From NCBI RefSeq assembly GCF_023055435.1, contig NW_025964112.1:47058001-47122000 (forward strand): a stretch of DNA of 64,000 nt, in the 5' to 3' direction. Numbering within the stretch: position 1 is the first letter of the stretch; each line of letters begins with the position of its first letter. The notes beneath the pieces were generated by a model. That model was given only the letters and a program-made list of their open reading frames with translations. It did no database searches and was not told the DNA's origin. Below are positions 38,361-50,589 of the stretch, in pieces. Source of the stretch: Haliotis rufescens. Its lineage: Eukaryota. A program made the translations under genes and the position numbers.

Positions 38361-40354
38361 CGTAAAGCATCGCGTGTCATGTTGATGTTTCATATTGCAG
38401 AACCTGGTCTTTCATAGTGAAAATCTTATTGAGGGCTTGGAACCAAAATATATATTTCCGTTAAATGTCAATAAAACGTTCCTGCTCTATCCACCAATAC
38501 TCTTTTGAATTCAGAAACGTAGTCGCCACACAGTGTCGCAGGACAGGAAAGGGAAATTCATCGATGACCATGCAAACCAGTCCTTGGGCAACGACCACAG
38601 GTTCGATTGAACACTTCCAGCAAATACACATTGCACTTATTCGATCTCCATTTCAGTATCATCGTCCGTTAATCATAGGTTAATTTGGACCTATTTTTCT
38701 CGCGATTTTACAACAGCACATACATGTACTTTCATAAAGACGTTCACCTTCGAGACGTTCACGGGTTCGTTTATGACATGCACAAATTCATGTCTTCATT
38801 AGAAGCGTCTCCATTAGGGTTGAGGTGAACTCAAGAATCACTCAGCTACCTTATTTGCTTCATGTCTATCTTGTTACTTTGAAGGTAATGTGTTATTTAA
38901 CTGCATATCTCTTCAACTATCCCTGAAGGGCAGTACGCAAAGATTTTTCATCACATACAACATTTGCTCATTTCTGTCTTGGTACAGCAGACTGTTTGAA
39001 TAGAACTTGGTTTTAAAAACATACATGGCTTAGTTTACTTGAACTTAAAACAAAAAATCCATTAATTCATTTTCACATCAAAGTAGGCGTTTCTTTTCAC
39101 ATTGGCGTTTACTCATCTCATAACACTTCAAAGAAGATGTACATTTCTAAACTTTCATTTTAAAGCAGGCACCACGACGATAAGTATCCCCATGTCGCCA
39201 TCATGCCTACATAGACCAAACAAGATTCCTGGAAAGTTCAAAAACTGCAAAAGTTTCAGCGTAAAGAGTAAATATTTAAGAAAACTTTTCCTCTGTGGGA
39301 AGTAGAAGCAACTTTTTGACCATTTCAATTTAATTAAAAATTAGCCTTTTTACTTGTATATTGCCCAGGTTATGACACTATATGGTTGTCATCGAAAATG
39401 AGACACGTGCACGCTAACTGGAAGATTAATTATTTTAAGCCTTTGCTTCTTAAGGAATCTGTTTCGATACAGAAACTAGTAGAGGGAAATGTGTACAAAA
39501 CAAAGACAATGCATCTCATTTTCTTGATTAATAGTTTCGTAAATAATCCGTCATCGTCTGAGAATGTTTATTTGACCGTTGTGTTTTCTTTCAAATTTGT
39601 TATTTGAGTGAAAAAGCCCGTGTTTGCAGCTAATAACATAACCCTTCTGTACTAATTAGAATATTCAATGTTCTTTTTAAGATATCTTTAATGACTGAAT
39701 GCTTTCTAGTTGGTTTTTATTATCTTGACGTTACAGGCTTCTGTTTTGTGCAAGAAAAGGGAAAATATGCAGTTAGTCTCAAAGGTCTCTTCCATGAAAT
39801 GAACAGAAATTTATTAGGCTTAAAAGGCATAAGGCCATTGGTCACGTGAATGTGTACATTGAGCTACTGGCAAGCTTTCTCAGATAAAGCATTGGAGATG
39901 AAATGTGCCACACTAATTAAATATGTCGCATGATTTACACAAACATTTTTCACATAAAGATAATTATTTCGCTGTGTCGTCTTTCCTACCTGTGGGATAA
40001 TTAACCCGAAATTTAACTTTGAACTAATTTAATTTTTGAAAGTTTGCTTTAAGCAAACCTTTGTTTAATAGTTTAATAAAGGTATATTAATGTGTTTTTC
40101 TTATGTCTGTTTTCATTTAAAGTGAATTTAAAAGTCAGGGGATAATATAAATGAATTCGAAATATGAATGCTTGCTATTGAATTACCTTGAAGACGACAG
40201 CATTTAGAAATGGCATTACGCACAGTGCGACATTTATGTACACAACGAAATTACGTAAACAAAATAACGTATATCTAACTACAAAACTCAATTTCTGAGA
40301 ATACACGATTTAGGGTACCCTAATGACAACTGTGTGGTGAATTCGAGAGTCAAT

Positions 40355-40548
40355 TTTGTTTTAAACCGCAGTCAATAATATTCCAGCTACACAGAATTTG
40401 GTCAGGTTATCGTGTGGCTGATAGCACGATCAACGACACACTCTGTTGGGAAAGTTGACACATAATCGGAAATGTCACCACCATTCTCAATTTACTCTTC
40501 TGTCTCTGTAGACGACGAGGGATATATTCTGCTCCGGAATCACCGTGT
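40355..40548 (-). mobile_element. Highly decayed SINE family B
   Basis: aatattccagcta tail and attctgctccggaatcaccgtg head resemble family B. Confidence 0.45.
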
Positions 40549-40549
40549 T

Positions 40550-40713
40550 AGTGAGTAAGGGTGTACACCGCTATCAGCAATATTCCAGCCATATCATGCC
40601 GGGGAACACAGGAAATGTACTTTCGACATTAATTATATACCATGTGGGAATCGAACCCGGGATTTCGTCTTGATGAGCGAACGCTTTTACCACGAGGCTA
40701 CCCCACCGCCCCC
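40550..40713 (-). mobile_element. tRNA-derived SINE family A
   Basis: gcaatattccagc ... gggaatcgaacccggg ... gagcgaacgcttt.accac.aggctaccccaccgcccc. Confidence 0.88.
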
Positions 40714-42442
40714 TAAATCAAGAAATAGATATGGAATAAGTACATCTGAGTGACGCTGGCCGAAACTTATGCCAGACCAATTAAGGTAAGCATTGGATTG
40801 CGTGACTTGTCTTGGCAATGCTACCTAAGTTCTATATATATATTGTCAATGACTGTTTGCCTTTGCGCCCTATGGAATCTGTTTCTGAATATATTCGAGC
40901 TTGTGTAAAGGCAGTACACCTTATAAAGGAAGGTTTGTAGATATCTGGATATAAATATATATGTTTACGTCCACGCCAGAGATTAATCAGTTTCGTTTAT
41001 TTGCCGAAACCGATTCGAATGGGAAAAGTCAAAATGGTGGTGAAAATTGTATAAATGGATCACTGAAAATCAGTGATGACTCCGGGCGTTCGCGAACCCA
41101 CGTGATCAAATGACGGTATTTCATTGGACAAGCGCCTAATCATCATGCAGAGGAGTCAGAGGCAATACATCTTGACATACTCTCTCTATAAACCTACTTT
41201 TATATAGGAGGGTGACTTGGGTGTTACACAGTTATGCTGAATGAACCACTCGGCTAATCTATAGCCACTAAAAGAAACACAGGATATTAACTGAGGGACA
41301 AAAGAAAGTATACCAAGTTTGTTATTCATGTTATTGAAAATTGAATGAACTGTTGTTAAATTTCATCATGTCTATTTAACCATTCCTCATTCCTGCAACA
41401 GTTTGTAAACAGTAATCAGTGGCTGAGTAATTTTGTGTAATAATCAATTCTTTAATGTAGACTGGGGTAAGAAATGAATTTGCAGGACCCATGAATTTCA
41501 ATGATATGACTAAGATAGCCAATATGTGTATTATGTGAAAGAACGTTTCCAATGTTTTAAAGTTTTAATAAATTATTTTTTTGGAAAATATGCGATGTAT
41601 AAGTTTTTTATGAGTGCTGACTAAGCGCCAGTACAATTCATTTTTAAAAAAAAATTCAATTAAAATCAAACGAAAGGTTTAGTTTCATTTGCTTCTCAGT
41701 TTATATGTTTGTATAAATATTATATTTTTGTGGAAATGATACAAATTGCATAAAAATGTTCTTAAAAATTAGCAAAAACGACTGGGCAACTTCAATGCCA
41801 TTGAAATAGATCAATGTGTTATGACGTTTCTTATACTCAAACTGACATCGTTGACCTTTAACGCCGCGCGTTGTTAATTTGATATTAAATATCATATATA
41901 AAAAGATATATTCATTCTATTTATGTTCTTAATGAAGAATCTTTCCATTGTGCTGGCTGAGAACTACACGTAAATTCGGTTGTACCACGAACCCTGGCAA
42001 CACTGATGAATACGACATACACAATAATATTGCAAAACAGTAATATCCTAAAGTCCATAAGAGTCCATTGTATGGTTCCGGCTATATAATAAACATGCTT
42101 TTTATGAATCACGATCAAATTAATAATGATGATGCCAGGTGTTCGCGATAGGGTGAGAGTATCCTGTCCAACCAGTGGGCCCTATCATGCGTGAAGGCAA
42201 GTTGATTCTTTAACTGAACAAACGCGGGTAAAATCAAAATAGGGAATTGCATCGGACATCATTTTGGCCACTGATGCTTCACACGGTCGTTTCTGAAGAG
42301 CGCTACACAAACAGAAGGTGAACGACCCATTTTGTTGTTATAACATGATGTAAAACAATAACATCAAACAGAAAGAGAAATGATCATAACTCCCGAAAGC
42401 ATTTATGAACTAGTGTAGAAGATTATACATATTGTATTAATC

Positions 42443-42521
42443 TCTGGTCCAGATTTGATTATTTACAGACCGCCGTCATATAGCAAAACTATTGCTGAAT
42501 GCGGCGTTAAACAACAAACAA
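42443..42521 (+). mobile_element. 3' fragment of SINE family B
   Basis: tctggtccaga..tgattatttacagaccgccgtcatatagc ... gcggcgttaaacaacaaac. Confidence 0.85.
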
Positions 42522-44486
42522 TTACTCTGATTCAGCTTTGAGATAATCTTCACCCAAACTAAACAATTGATTTTTTTTCTTTCAGTTAGAGTACTCGTTA
42601 GAGTAATCTTTCGGAGCCGATCATTCATTTTACTAATTGGCCAGAAAAAAAAGAACTAAAAGGACCAAAATACAATAGCTTGGCGCCATCTTTAATTTTT
42701 TTTGGAATGTTCTGAAGCAGGGCAGGAAAATATATTCAATCACGAAAAAATCATGATTAAATTTTGCTTCTTCAAATTATTTTCAGTTTTATTATTTCTT
42801 ATTACAAATTTTCGCGAACACCTGATGTCATCATTGATAGTAATTCATTAACACGGAGATTTCTTATGATTATAGAAAGGGTTCCGTCGCTTTTAACTAA
42901 TGTCAAGGTAGAAAATGAGACCTATTCGCATGTCGTGGCTACATTAATATATGTAACTGTAAATATTCTTCACATTACCAATTGATTCACACAAAATCCG
43001 CTTCCGAACAATTTAACAGTATGTATTATAATTTATGGAGTCAGGCGAAGTAGATAAGAGGTAATACACTGACTTTATGATAATTAATTACGAAAATCTT
43101 TAAACAACATGTTTGGTGGTGTATTTGAAACAGGTATTGCCTTTGTTAATTGTTGTTTTAATGAGAATTGCTCGAATTAGAATATAATTATATGGCATTT
43201 ATGTAACTTTTGTATCTCAATAGAATATCGTTAAGTTTGAAATGTGTTTATCTTGGCGATTTAACTAGAAACGTGAACGAATGGGTTCATTAATCCCATC
43301 ACTTCAGTCATATTATGACTGTCACCACGAACACTACCGTCAGGATTGTCCGACTTCTACTGTTTTGATCATATAAACAAAAGCGAAAAAACACTTTGCA
43401 TAACACATGAGAAATCTTTGCTGAAAGTAGAGTCACAATCATTTTGTCAAAACTGCATTCAAAAGCAAAGAAATTATTTTGAAGCTGAGATATGCTTGCT
43501 ATTATGAACTTCCGTTGGTAAGAAGAGAAACGTCTTGTCAAGAAAGCTACAATAGAGTCATTTATCACAATTATCGAACCATAATTAGCTTTCCAAGAAC
43601 GCTCGGCATTTGTGGGTGGCGCGTAGCGCACGGTCACCCCCCATGTCCCCTTCGCCTTTTTCTTATCTCCCCTTCCGCCCTCTCAGCTGTCTTGTATTTT
43701 GTGCCGAGGCCTAAAACCTGTTTGTGCGCAAATCCCAAAACCTAATTAACACCAATTTCCTCATTGTGAGGGTATGATACCGTGTATATCGTATAGGGTC
43801 TGTCAGGCCATACATCACCCAGGCGATTTGATATATCACGCCGCTGTGGGAGAGGGGGAGGGGAGGGGGGATGGGGGGGACTTGAGCAGAGAAGGGTGTG
43901 GGTGACGGGACGGTTATTTCCATATGTTTAATGTCTTTTGTACTGACCTTTTTAATCCGAAATCTAGCTTTGGATGTATTTTTTGTCCCCCTTTTATTCA
44001 TTATATTCATAATTATTGCGCGGTTTTTGAGTTGGAATTCCTACTGCATCTTCACAAGATGTTTGTGGTCATGTGTTTGGTTTGTGAGTGAGGGGATATT
44101 GTCAGATTGTTATCACGGATTCAGTATCAACTCCACGGTTACTGATGCAGATACTGAGTCGATGGTCCAGATACGTTGATGGTGCTAGCTGCTGAAATGG
44201 TGTAGGTGATGTTAGACACGTGGAGGACATTTCCAATTTGACGCATCAGTGACCAAAGTTGTGTCTGTTGCAATCCACTATTTTGACTTGTACCATATGT
44301 TCCCGTGTTTGCTACAAGAACAACTGACTTGCTTTTGAATGTGTTTGTAACGGGTGCCACCGGTAAGACGGGATTCGCTCACCTTTTCGCGAACATCCGG
44401 GGTTAGAGTGGATCATGAACTGTGGAAACAGTCAGATCATGAACTGGATGAATTGGAGCAGGTGATGAGCTTCAGTAAAACGGTCA

Positions 44487-44584
44487 GGGTCCACTTGCAC
44501 AAAGCGATCTTAGCACTAGGACTATCTTACGTCTTGGGCACAACGATTACGTAGCGCTAAAGATCGCTTTGTGCAAGTGGGCCT
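44487..44584. mobile_element. MITE with long TIRs
   Basis: ggtccacttgcacaaagcgatctt / aagatcgctttgtgcaagtgggcc. Confidence 0.88.
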
Positions 44585-44708
44585 TGGTCATTGACGTTAG
44601 GAATTTGAAGGGAATACATCATGAAATGTGGGGTAAGGTCAGATCATGAACTGGAGGCACAGGAGAATATCATAACTTTGGGGAAACAGGGATGGAGAAA
44701 AAAGGTCA

Positions 44709-44817
44709 GGGCCCCGTTCCACAAAGCGATCGTAGCACTAAGACAATCGTAACTCACATACTTTAACATAGACTTACGACTATCGTAGCGCAACGATCGC
44801 TTTGTGAAACGGGACCC
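44709..44817. mobile_element. MITE with long TIRs
   Basis: gggccccgttccacaaagcgatcgt / acgatcgctttgtgaaacgggaccc. Confidence 0.88.
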
Positions 44818-45574
44818 ATGTCATGAACGTGAATCAGTGTTGGTCACGAATTGGAGTAGTGATAGGCCATGACATGGAGAGGAGAATAGATGATGAGCCC
44901 GAGGCAGATGCTAGATCATGAGCTGAAGGATCAGGAGTAGAGTTGTGGAAATAGGGAGCCCATGAGCTGTTGGTCATGAGCTGTTCCACTCCCACGACTC
45001 GTTCGGTATACACCAGGTTTATGGTTTGGGGAAAAAATGTAACCTCTGAATGGCAATAGAATGGAGTTGAGGAAGCCATACTGCTGTGTTCAAAAGAGAT
45101 ATACAACTCAACGTATACGTATTTCCAGGGGGATAGCCATAAACATAACGTTTGGGCAGCATATATCCAGATGTGGTAGGTTTGGTTTCAGCTCTGGAAT
45201 AGATGAGGTAACAACAACCCATGGGGGCCAGGTGATGCGGCCTAATCATGGGGTAGGTCAGTTTGAAGTGAAAGGCACAGTGAAGCTATAACCATACGGG
45301 TAGGATGTTTCAACCCTAAAATACGTAATTGTGGGTTTAAGACAATAGATGGTTACACGAGTACACTGATGGTCGAAGCATTGCAGAAAATCATGTATTT
45401 TTTTGGAGATTTAGTTTGGGATGAGGGTATTTATATGGCCTGGTCGACAGCGAGGAACAAAGGGTCGAGCTTGTCAACCTAACCAGTGACTGTACATGAA
45501 TGGCTCAGATATGATGGGTAGACTAAATGTGCTCCAGCAGCCCTTTGCTAGTCGTCACAGGCGATTCAGCTGGG

Positions 45575-45756
45575 ACGCCGTGGAGATTCGGGAATAGACT
45601 TGGTCCCTTGCAAGGTATGCTGGTTGTAAGACGGGATTTAATGGATCGGTTGCTCAGAGTCGGTGACCTGTTTGATAATATAATATCAATCAATGGATTC
45701 TGTGGTCCATACTCAATTATTTATTGGCTGGAATATTGCTGAGTGCGGCGTTAAAC
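45575..45756 (+). mobile_element. Decayed SINE family B followed by (CA)n-type repeats
   Basis: ccgtggagattcgggaatag head; gctggaatattgctgagtgcggcgttaaac tail. Confidence 0.7.
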
Positions 45757-45931
45757 ACGCACACGCGCACGCACACACACACACACACATACACACGTGT
45801 GTCGTCAAATACACGTGTTTTATATGACGATAATGTGATTGTTGTGACGTATACCGACCTAGGAATATCCTAACATCTGTTGTGGGGTTTATACGAATGG
45901 AGAAAGGTTTCACCCTGGGAATGCATTCTGC

Positions 45932-45935
<4 letters not shown>

Positions 45936-45998
<63 letters not shown>
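45936..45998. repeat. (CA)n microsatellite
   Basis: Direct reading. Confidence 0.97.
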
Positions 45999-46000
<2 letters not shown>

Positions 46001-46364
46001 GCGAGGTATATGCTACATTGGTTTGAATGTTGGCGATTGTTGGCACTGTGTTAAATCCTCAAGAGCACTTACATTGATTTGTAGGGTGAATTATTTGTAA
46101 GTTCAACAAGTTTTATATATAACGTTAACGCCGAAAAAGATTCCATTGAGCGTAAAAGGTAAAATATAGGTGAAAATAACACAAACAGATCACTTAAGAT
46201 AACTAAACATTTGCTGAACCGTATATGATACGGTATGGGGTCGTTTTGTGAACAACTATTCTTTTCATGAAGAGCAAGCAGGACTTTGGACAACAGCTGT
46301 ATGAAACAGAAAGCCTTTAGTGCACTTCTGTTTCCTCGTTTCCAGTTTGTGCATTCTACCAATG

Positions 46365-46625
46365 GTTGGTTGGTTTCTTGTTTTATGCCGCACTCAGTAA
46401 TTTCCCAGCTATATGACGGTGGTCTGTAAATAATCGAGTCTGGACCAGACAATCCAGTGATTGACATCATGAGCATCTATCTACGTAATTGGAATTCGAT
46501 GATATGCATCAACCAAGTCAGCGAGCTGACCACCCGTTCCCTTTAGTGCCTCTTCGACAAGCATAGTCGCCTCTAACACGCATGGGTTGCTGAAGATGAA
46601 TTCTCTACCCGGGTCGTGTGGGGTC
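46365..46625 (-). mobile_element. SINE family B carrying about 110 bp of the flank of the 36260 copy
   Basis: Body homologous to family B; 46251-46364 matches 36152-36259. Confidence 0.88.
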
Positions 46626-46862
46626 ATTGTGATGGATCTTAGCAGGAGATCATGGGAATAAATTGTGGAAAACACATATAACATTAATACGCCGATAACA
46701 AGCGTTATCGCCAAACAAATGGACAGTCTATGGTACGTGGCTCATGTACTCGCGCATGGTTTACCTGAACTGAATTAATCTGCAACTAATATAGGCAGCT
46801 AAGCCTTGGGGATTTCGGATAACAATAGGTCACAAGCAGCATATGTTTTTCGTACTGAACGA

Positions 46863-47010
46863 ACAGGGTGGTCAGGCTCGGCGACTTGTTGATCGCTTGT
46901 CATCGTACCCCAACGGCGTGGACGGTTGGTCATAATATCCAACACTTGATCGTTTGGTCCAGACTCTATCGTTTACTCTTAGCTGGAATATAGCTGACTG
47001 CGGCTAAAAT
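46863..47010 (+). mobile_element. Decayed SINE family B
   Basis: gggtggtcaggctcg.cgactt.ttga ... tgtcatcgta ... tggtccagact ... agctggaata. Confidence 0.75.
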
Positions 47011-47174
47011 ATATTAACTCGCTCCAGACAAGGTTTTGATGTTGAAACGTTATCGTTGGTGTCTGGTGTTTTGTAAGGGGACTAATTATCAAACTTATTG
47101 TCCACAGGAATACAGTGACTAAAGACGTGAAACTACACTCACTCAATGACTCACTCACTCCTATTATTATTATC

Positions 47175-47694
47175 AGATTAAAATAACAAAAGAGGGTTTT
47201 GGTGATCCAGGCACAGTCAGGCTGGTTAGGCTCATCATCAGCTCAGGGCCCTTGCCCCGTCCACACGCAGCCCAGACAGCGAATGGGAGTTCTCCCAGGA
47301 AGCGCTGCCTAGTCAAACACACCCAGAACTTTTCGGAGAATGTGGAGACTCCCCAAGACTGCCTTCTGCATTACCCAGTTTGTCAGAAGGGCTGTATTCC
47401 TGGTAGCAAACCCGGGTACTCTAATGTAAGTCGACAGATTGGGATGTACCGAACCTAAGGCACCGAGGACAGTGGGGAGTCGGACAACTTGGTACTTGGG
47501 ATGCAAGCGTGACATTTCGAAAGCGGGGTCCGCATATTTGCCATGTATTTTCCTCAATCTTGTCAATCACATTAGTGTCAAAGGGGACAGAAAATTCAAT
47601 GTTATAAAGTATAACATTGGATTTATCATAAAGGACAAGATCAGGTTTGTGTGCCTGGATACGTCTGAGGCTGTTAATGAGCCTATTCCAAAGA

Positions 47695-47695
<1 letters not shown>
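47175..47695 (-). mobile_element. 5'-truncated RLE-type non-LTR retrotransposon (R4/Dong-like): endonuclease C-terminus plus 3' UTR
   Basis: Frameshifted KPDLVLYDK..IEFSVPFDTNV / KYADPAFEMSRLHPKYQVVRLPTVLGALGSV..MQKAVLGSLHILRKVLG (PD..(D/E)xK-type RLE); flanked by (tat)4 at 47162-47173 and (att)14 at 47695-47736. Confidence 0.85.
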
Positions 47696-47736
<41 letters not shown>

Positions 47737-48589
47737 GTAAAGCTCTTGTCGGATAAGAGACGAGCCAGATAAGTAGACACTTTTTTCTCCTCATTTGCAG
47801 GTTTAGAGCATCGCTGATAATCGCAAAACAGTCTTTACTGTCGTGACGTTCCTCGCAAATAGAAAATATCGGGGAAAGGGCACTTCATTTATTGGTACCG
47901 TCAACATATACGGAGTTGTCTGTCCCTCGGTAGTGAATATCTTCATGAAGCACACATGTGTCATGTATTCTACGATGGTGGCATGTGGTTCGAGACAGGT
48001 GTATGATTTCTCCCAGTGATATCACCACCCCGGAGGTGTGAAGTGTCATCAATCATAATCAGTGTATTGTTGATTTCACGTCCACGCGTTTGGACACATA
48101 CTGTTGTGGGGGAAATCAAACGTATACATTTCAGTGTGTAATTTCTTCATTTCCCACGCTTCAACGTGGGATAGGGAGCCAGAACGACTGGGGAGTGGAA
48201 GTGTGGGGTAGATGGTTAGAGTGGGTTTGGGGTGTGATATAAATTCAGAAGTCCATCTAGATCACCCATAATCTTCACCGATAGTGCACCGTTGTATGAA
48301 AATATAATATATTTTAGAAGGGTGAAAAACGCACTGCATGTTATATCGTTAATTGTGTACTCCCCGGGGAGCTGAGAATGAAATATGAATCCGCCTTGAT
48401 CCGGTGACTTGGGCAACAATTGTGTAGCGCCATGGTCGTTCCGTAAGGCGTGGTCACAGTGCATTATGGGAATGCATAATTATTATCATGGTTACTGGTT
48501 ACCCCCCCCCCCCCCCCCCCAGCTAAATAGTGAAATTTGTGTTCACCCACTCAGTATATGGACAATACATACACCACATGTATGGTGAT

Positions 48590-48928
48590 TTGCTTAACAA
48601 CGCTCTCAGCAACATTTCAATCTACATGACGACGAACTGTAAATATTCGAGTCGAGCAAGGACAACCCAGTGATTGATATAATGTAGTGTAAACACAGCT
48701 TTAATAGTTTGTATGTTGTGTGGCGCGTTATTCAAGCCGTATGACAGCGACCTACAAGCAGATTTGGGACGAGACAAACCAGTGATTGATATAATGAGCA
48801 ACATCCACGCCGTCGGGGTAGACGCTGTCAATCAAGTCACCGAGTCTGCCCATCCGATTCATTTAGTCTCTTCATGCGAAAAACATAAGCTGTTGGGGAA
48901 TTATTCTACCCCGGAATATCATCGGGGT
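48590..48928 (-). mobile_element. Two decayed SINE family B pieces
   Basis: ccagtgattgatat twice; attctaccccggaatatcatcgggg head. Confidence 0.6.
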
Positions 48929-49052
48929 ATGTTGATGAATTGAAACCAGCGCCACGATAAGGAAATATGCTAACTTCTGATGTTCTCTACAGACGGGACA
49001 TCTGAGTAGGACATTCAGAACGTGACAAAAAGACCAATCCCGGGTGGCTGTA

Positions 49053-49257
49053 GGGATACGGCTTGATATGGGGATACGGGTAGATGTGGGGATACGGGTG
49101 GATGTAGGGATAGGGGTGGATATGGGGATAGGGGTGGATATAGGGATAGGGGTGGATGTGGGGATACGGGTGGATGTAGGGATAGGGGTGGATATAGGGA
49201 TAGGGGTGGATATAGGGAATGGGGTGGATGTAGGGATACGGGTTGATGTGGGGATAA
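49053..49257. repeat. G-rich 18-bp minisatellite (gggatagggGtggatRtR), about 11 units
   Basis: 6-aa periodic shadow ORF (GIRVDV/GIGVDI). Confidence 0.93.
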
Positions 49258-49296
49258 TGGTAATAAAGTGTTTTTCAGAAGTTCAATCGGATCCAA

Positions 49297-49425
49297 GCCG
49301 CTTTTAGCAAAAATCGAGGAATATCAGCGGGTGACACACCAGAAATGGGATATCTTCATGGGGAATCGAACCCGCGCCTTCGGGATGACGAGCGGACGCT
49401 TTAACCACTAGGCTGGCCACCGACC
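49297..49425 (-). mobile_element. SINE family A, diverged
   Basis: gccgcttttagcaa ... ggggaatcgaacccg ... gacgctttaaccactaggct. Confidence 0.82.
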
Positions 49426-49739
49426 AGACACTGCATATTGTATAGTATTGTTAAATTGGAATTAGTGTAACATAACTCATACTACAATTATAATATGAAT
49501 TATTCTATTGTATATATTGTAACTGGAATTTATAAATAACAGGACGGCAAGGCCAAGGCNNNNNNNNNNNNNNNNNNNNNNNNNNNNNNNNNNNNNNNNN
49601 NNNNNNNNNNNNNNNNNNNNNNNNNNNNNNNNNNNNNNNNNNNNNNNNNNNNNNNNNNNNNNNNNNNNNNNNNNNNNNNNNNNNNNNNNNNNNNNNNNNN
49701 NNNNNNNNNNNNNNNNNNNNNNTAAAATTTAAAAAATGA

Positions 49740-50589
49740 AGCAAAGAGGGTTTGGGTGATCCTGGCACAGTCAGGCTGGTTAGGCTCATCATCAGCTCAG
49801 GGCCCTTGCCCCCTCTACACGCAGGCCAGACAGCGAATGGACCTTCTCCCAGGAAGCGCTGCTTTAGTCAAACCCACAAGAACGTTTCGGAGAATGTGAA
49901 GACTCCTCAACACTGTGGCTTTCTGCATTATCCAGATTGTCAGAAGGGTTGTATTCCTGGTAGCAAACCCGGGTACTCTCCCAATGTCAGTCAACAGATT
50001 GGTAGGTACCAAACCCAAGGCAACGAGAACAATGGGGAGTCGGACAACTTGGTACTTGGGATGCAAGCGTGACATTTCGAAAGCGAGGTCTGCATAAAAT
50101 TCAATGTTATAAATGATTTCACTGGATTTATAAAAAAGGACAAGATCCAATTAGTTGGCCTGGGTAGGTTTGAGGATGTATACGGGCCTATTCCGAAGAA
50201 TTTTGTATTTAACATTTTCCATGGCGCCCTCTACATATTCTGGGTCATACCATGGGTGGACATCTGTGTCAAAACCACAGGCATGGCGAAGACGGTAATA
50301 AAATGATCGAGCTACTCCATCATGTCGCTTAAGATACTGAGTTTGTGCCAAAGCTGGGCATCAACTGACAATATGTTGTACATTCTCATTAAATTCATTG
50401 CTTAATCTACATTTCATATTTTAATTTTGATGCAGAATCACACATTGACAGAAAATTCAATGATATAAATGATTTCATTGGATTTATCAAAATGGACAAG
50501 ATCAGGTTTGTTGGCCTGAGTAGATCTGAGGTTGTATACGGGCCTGTTCGAAAGAATGTTGTATTTATCATTTCCCATGACGCCCTGCA
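49740..50589 (-). mobile_element. Second R4/Dong-like RLE retrotransposon remnant (zinc knuckle plus RLE), with an additional duplicated piece at 50447-50589
   Basis: KCRLSNEFNENVQHIVS*CPALAQTQYLKRHDGVAR (decayed CCHC knuckle + RHD) then DLV..IEF..YADLAFEMSRL; about 55-nt deletion relative to the 47175 copy; bounded by gaps. Confidence 0.85.

Noticed and set aside
47228-47250. Hammerhead ribozyme core (minus-strand ctgatga) in the retrotransposon 3' UTR, and other ctgatga words
   Set aside because: No properly placed GAAA and closing stems found by eye.
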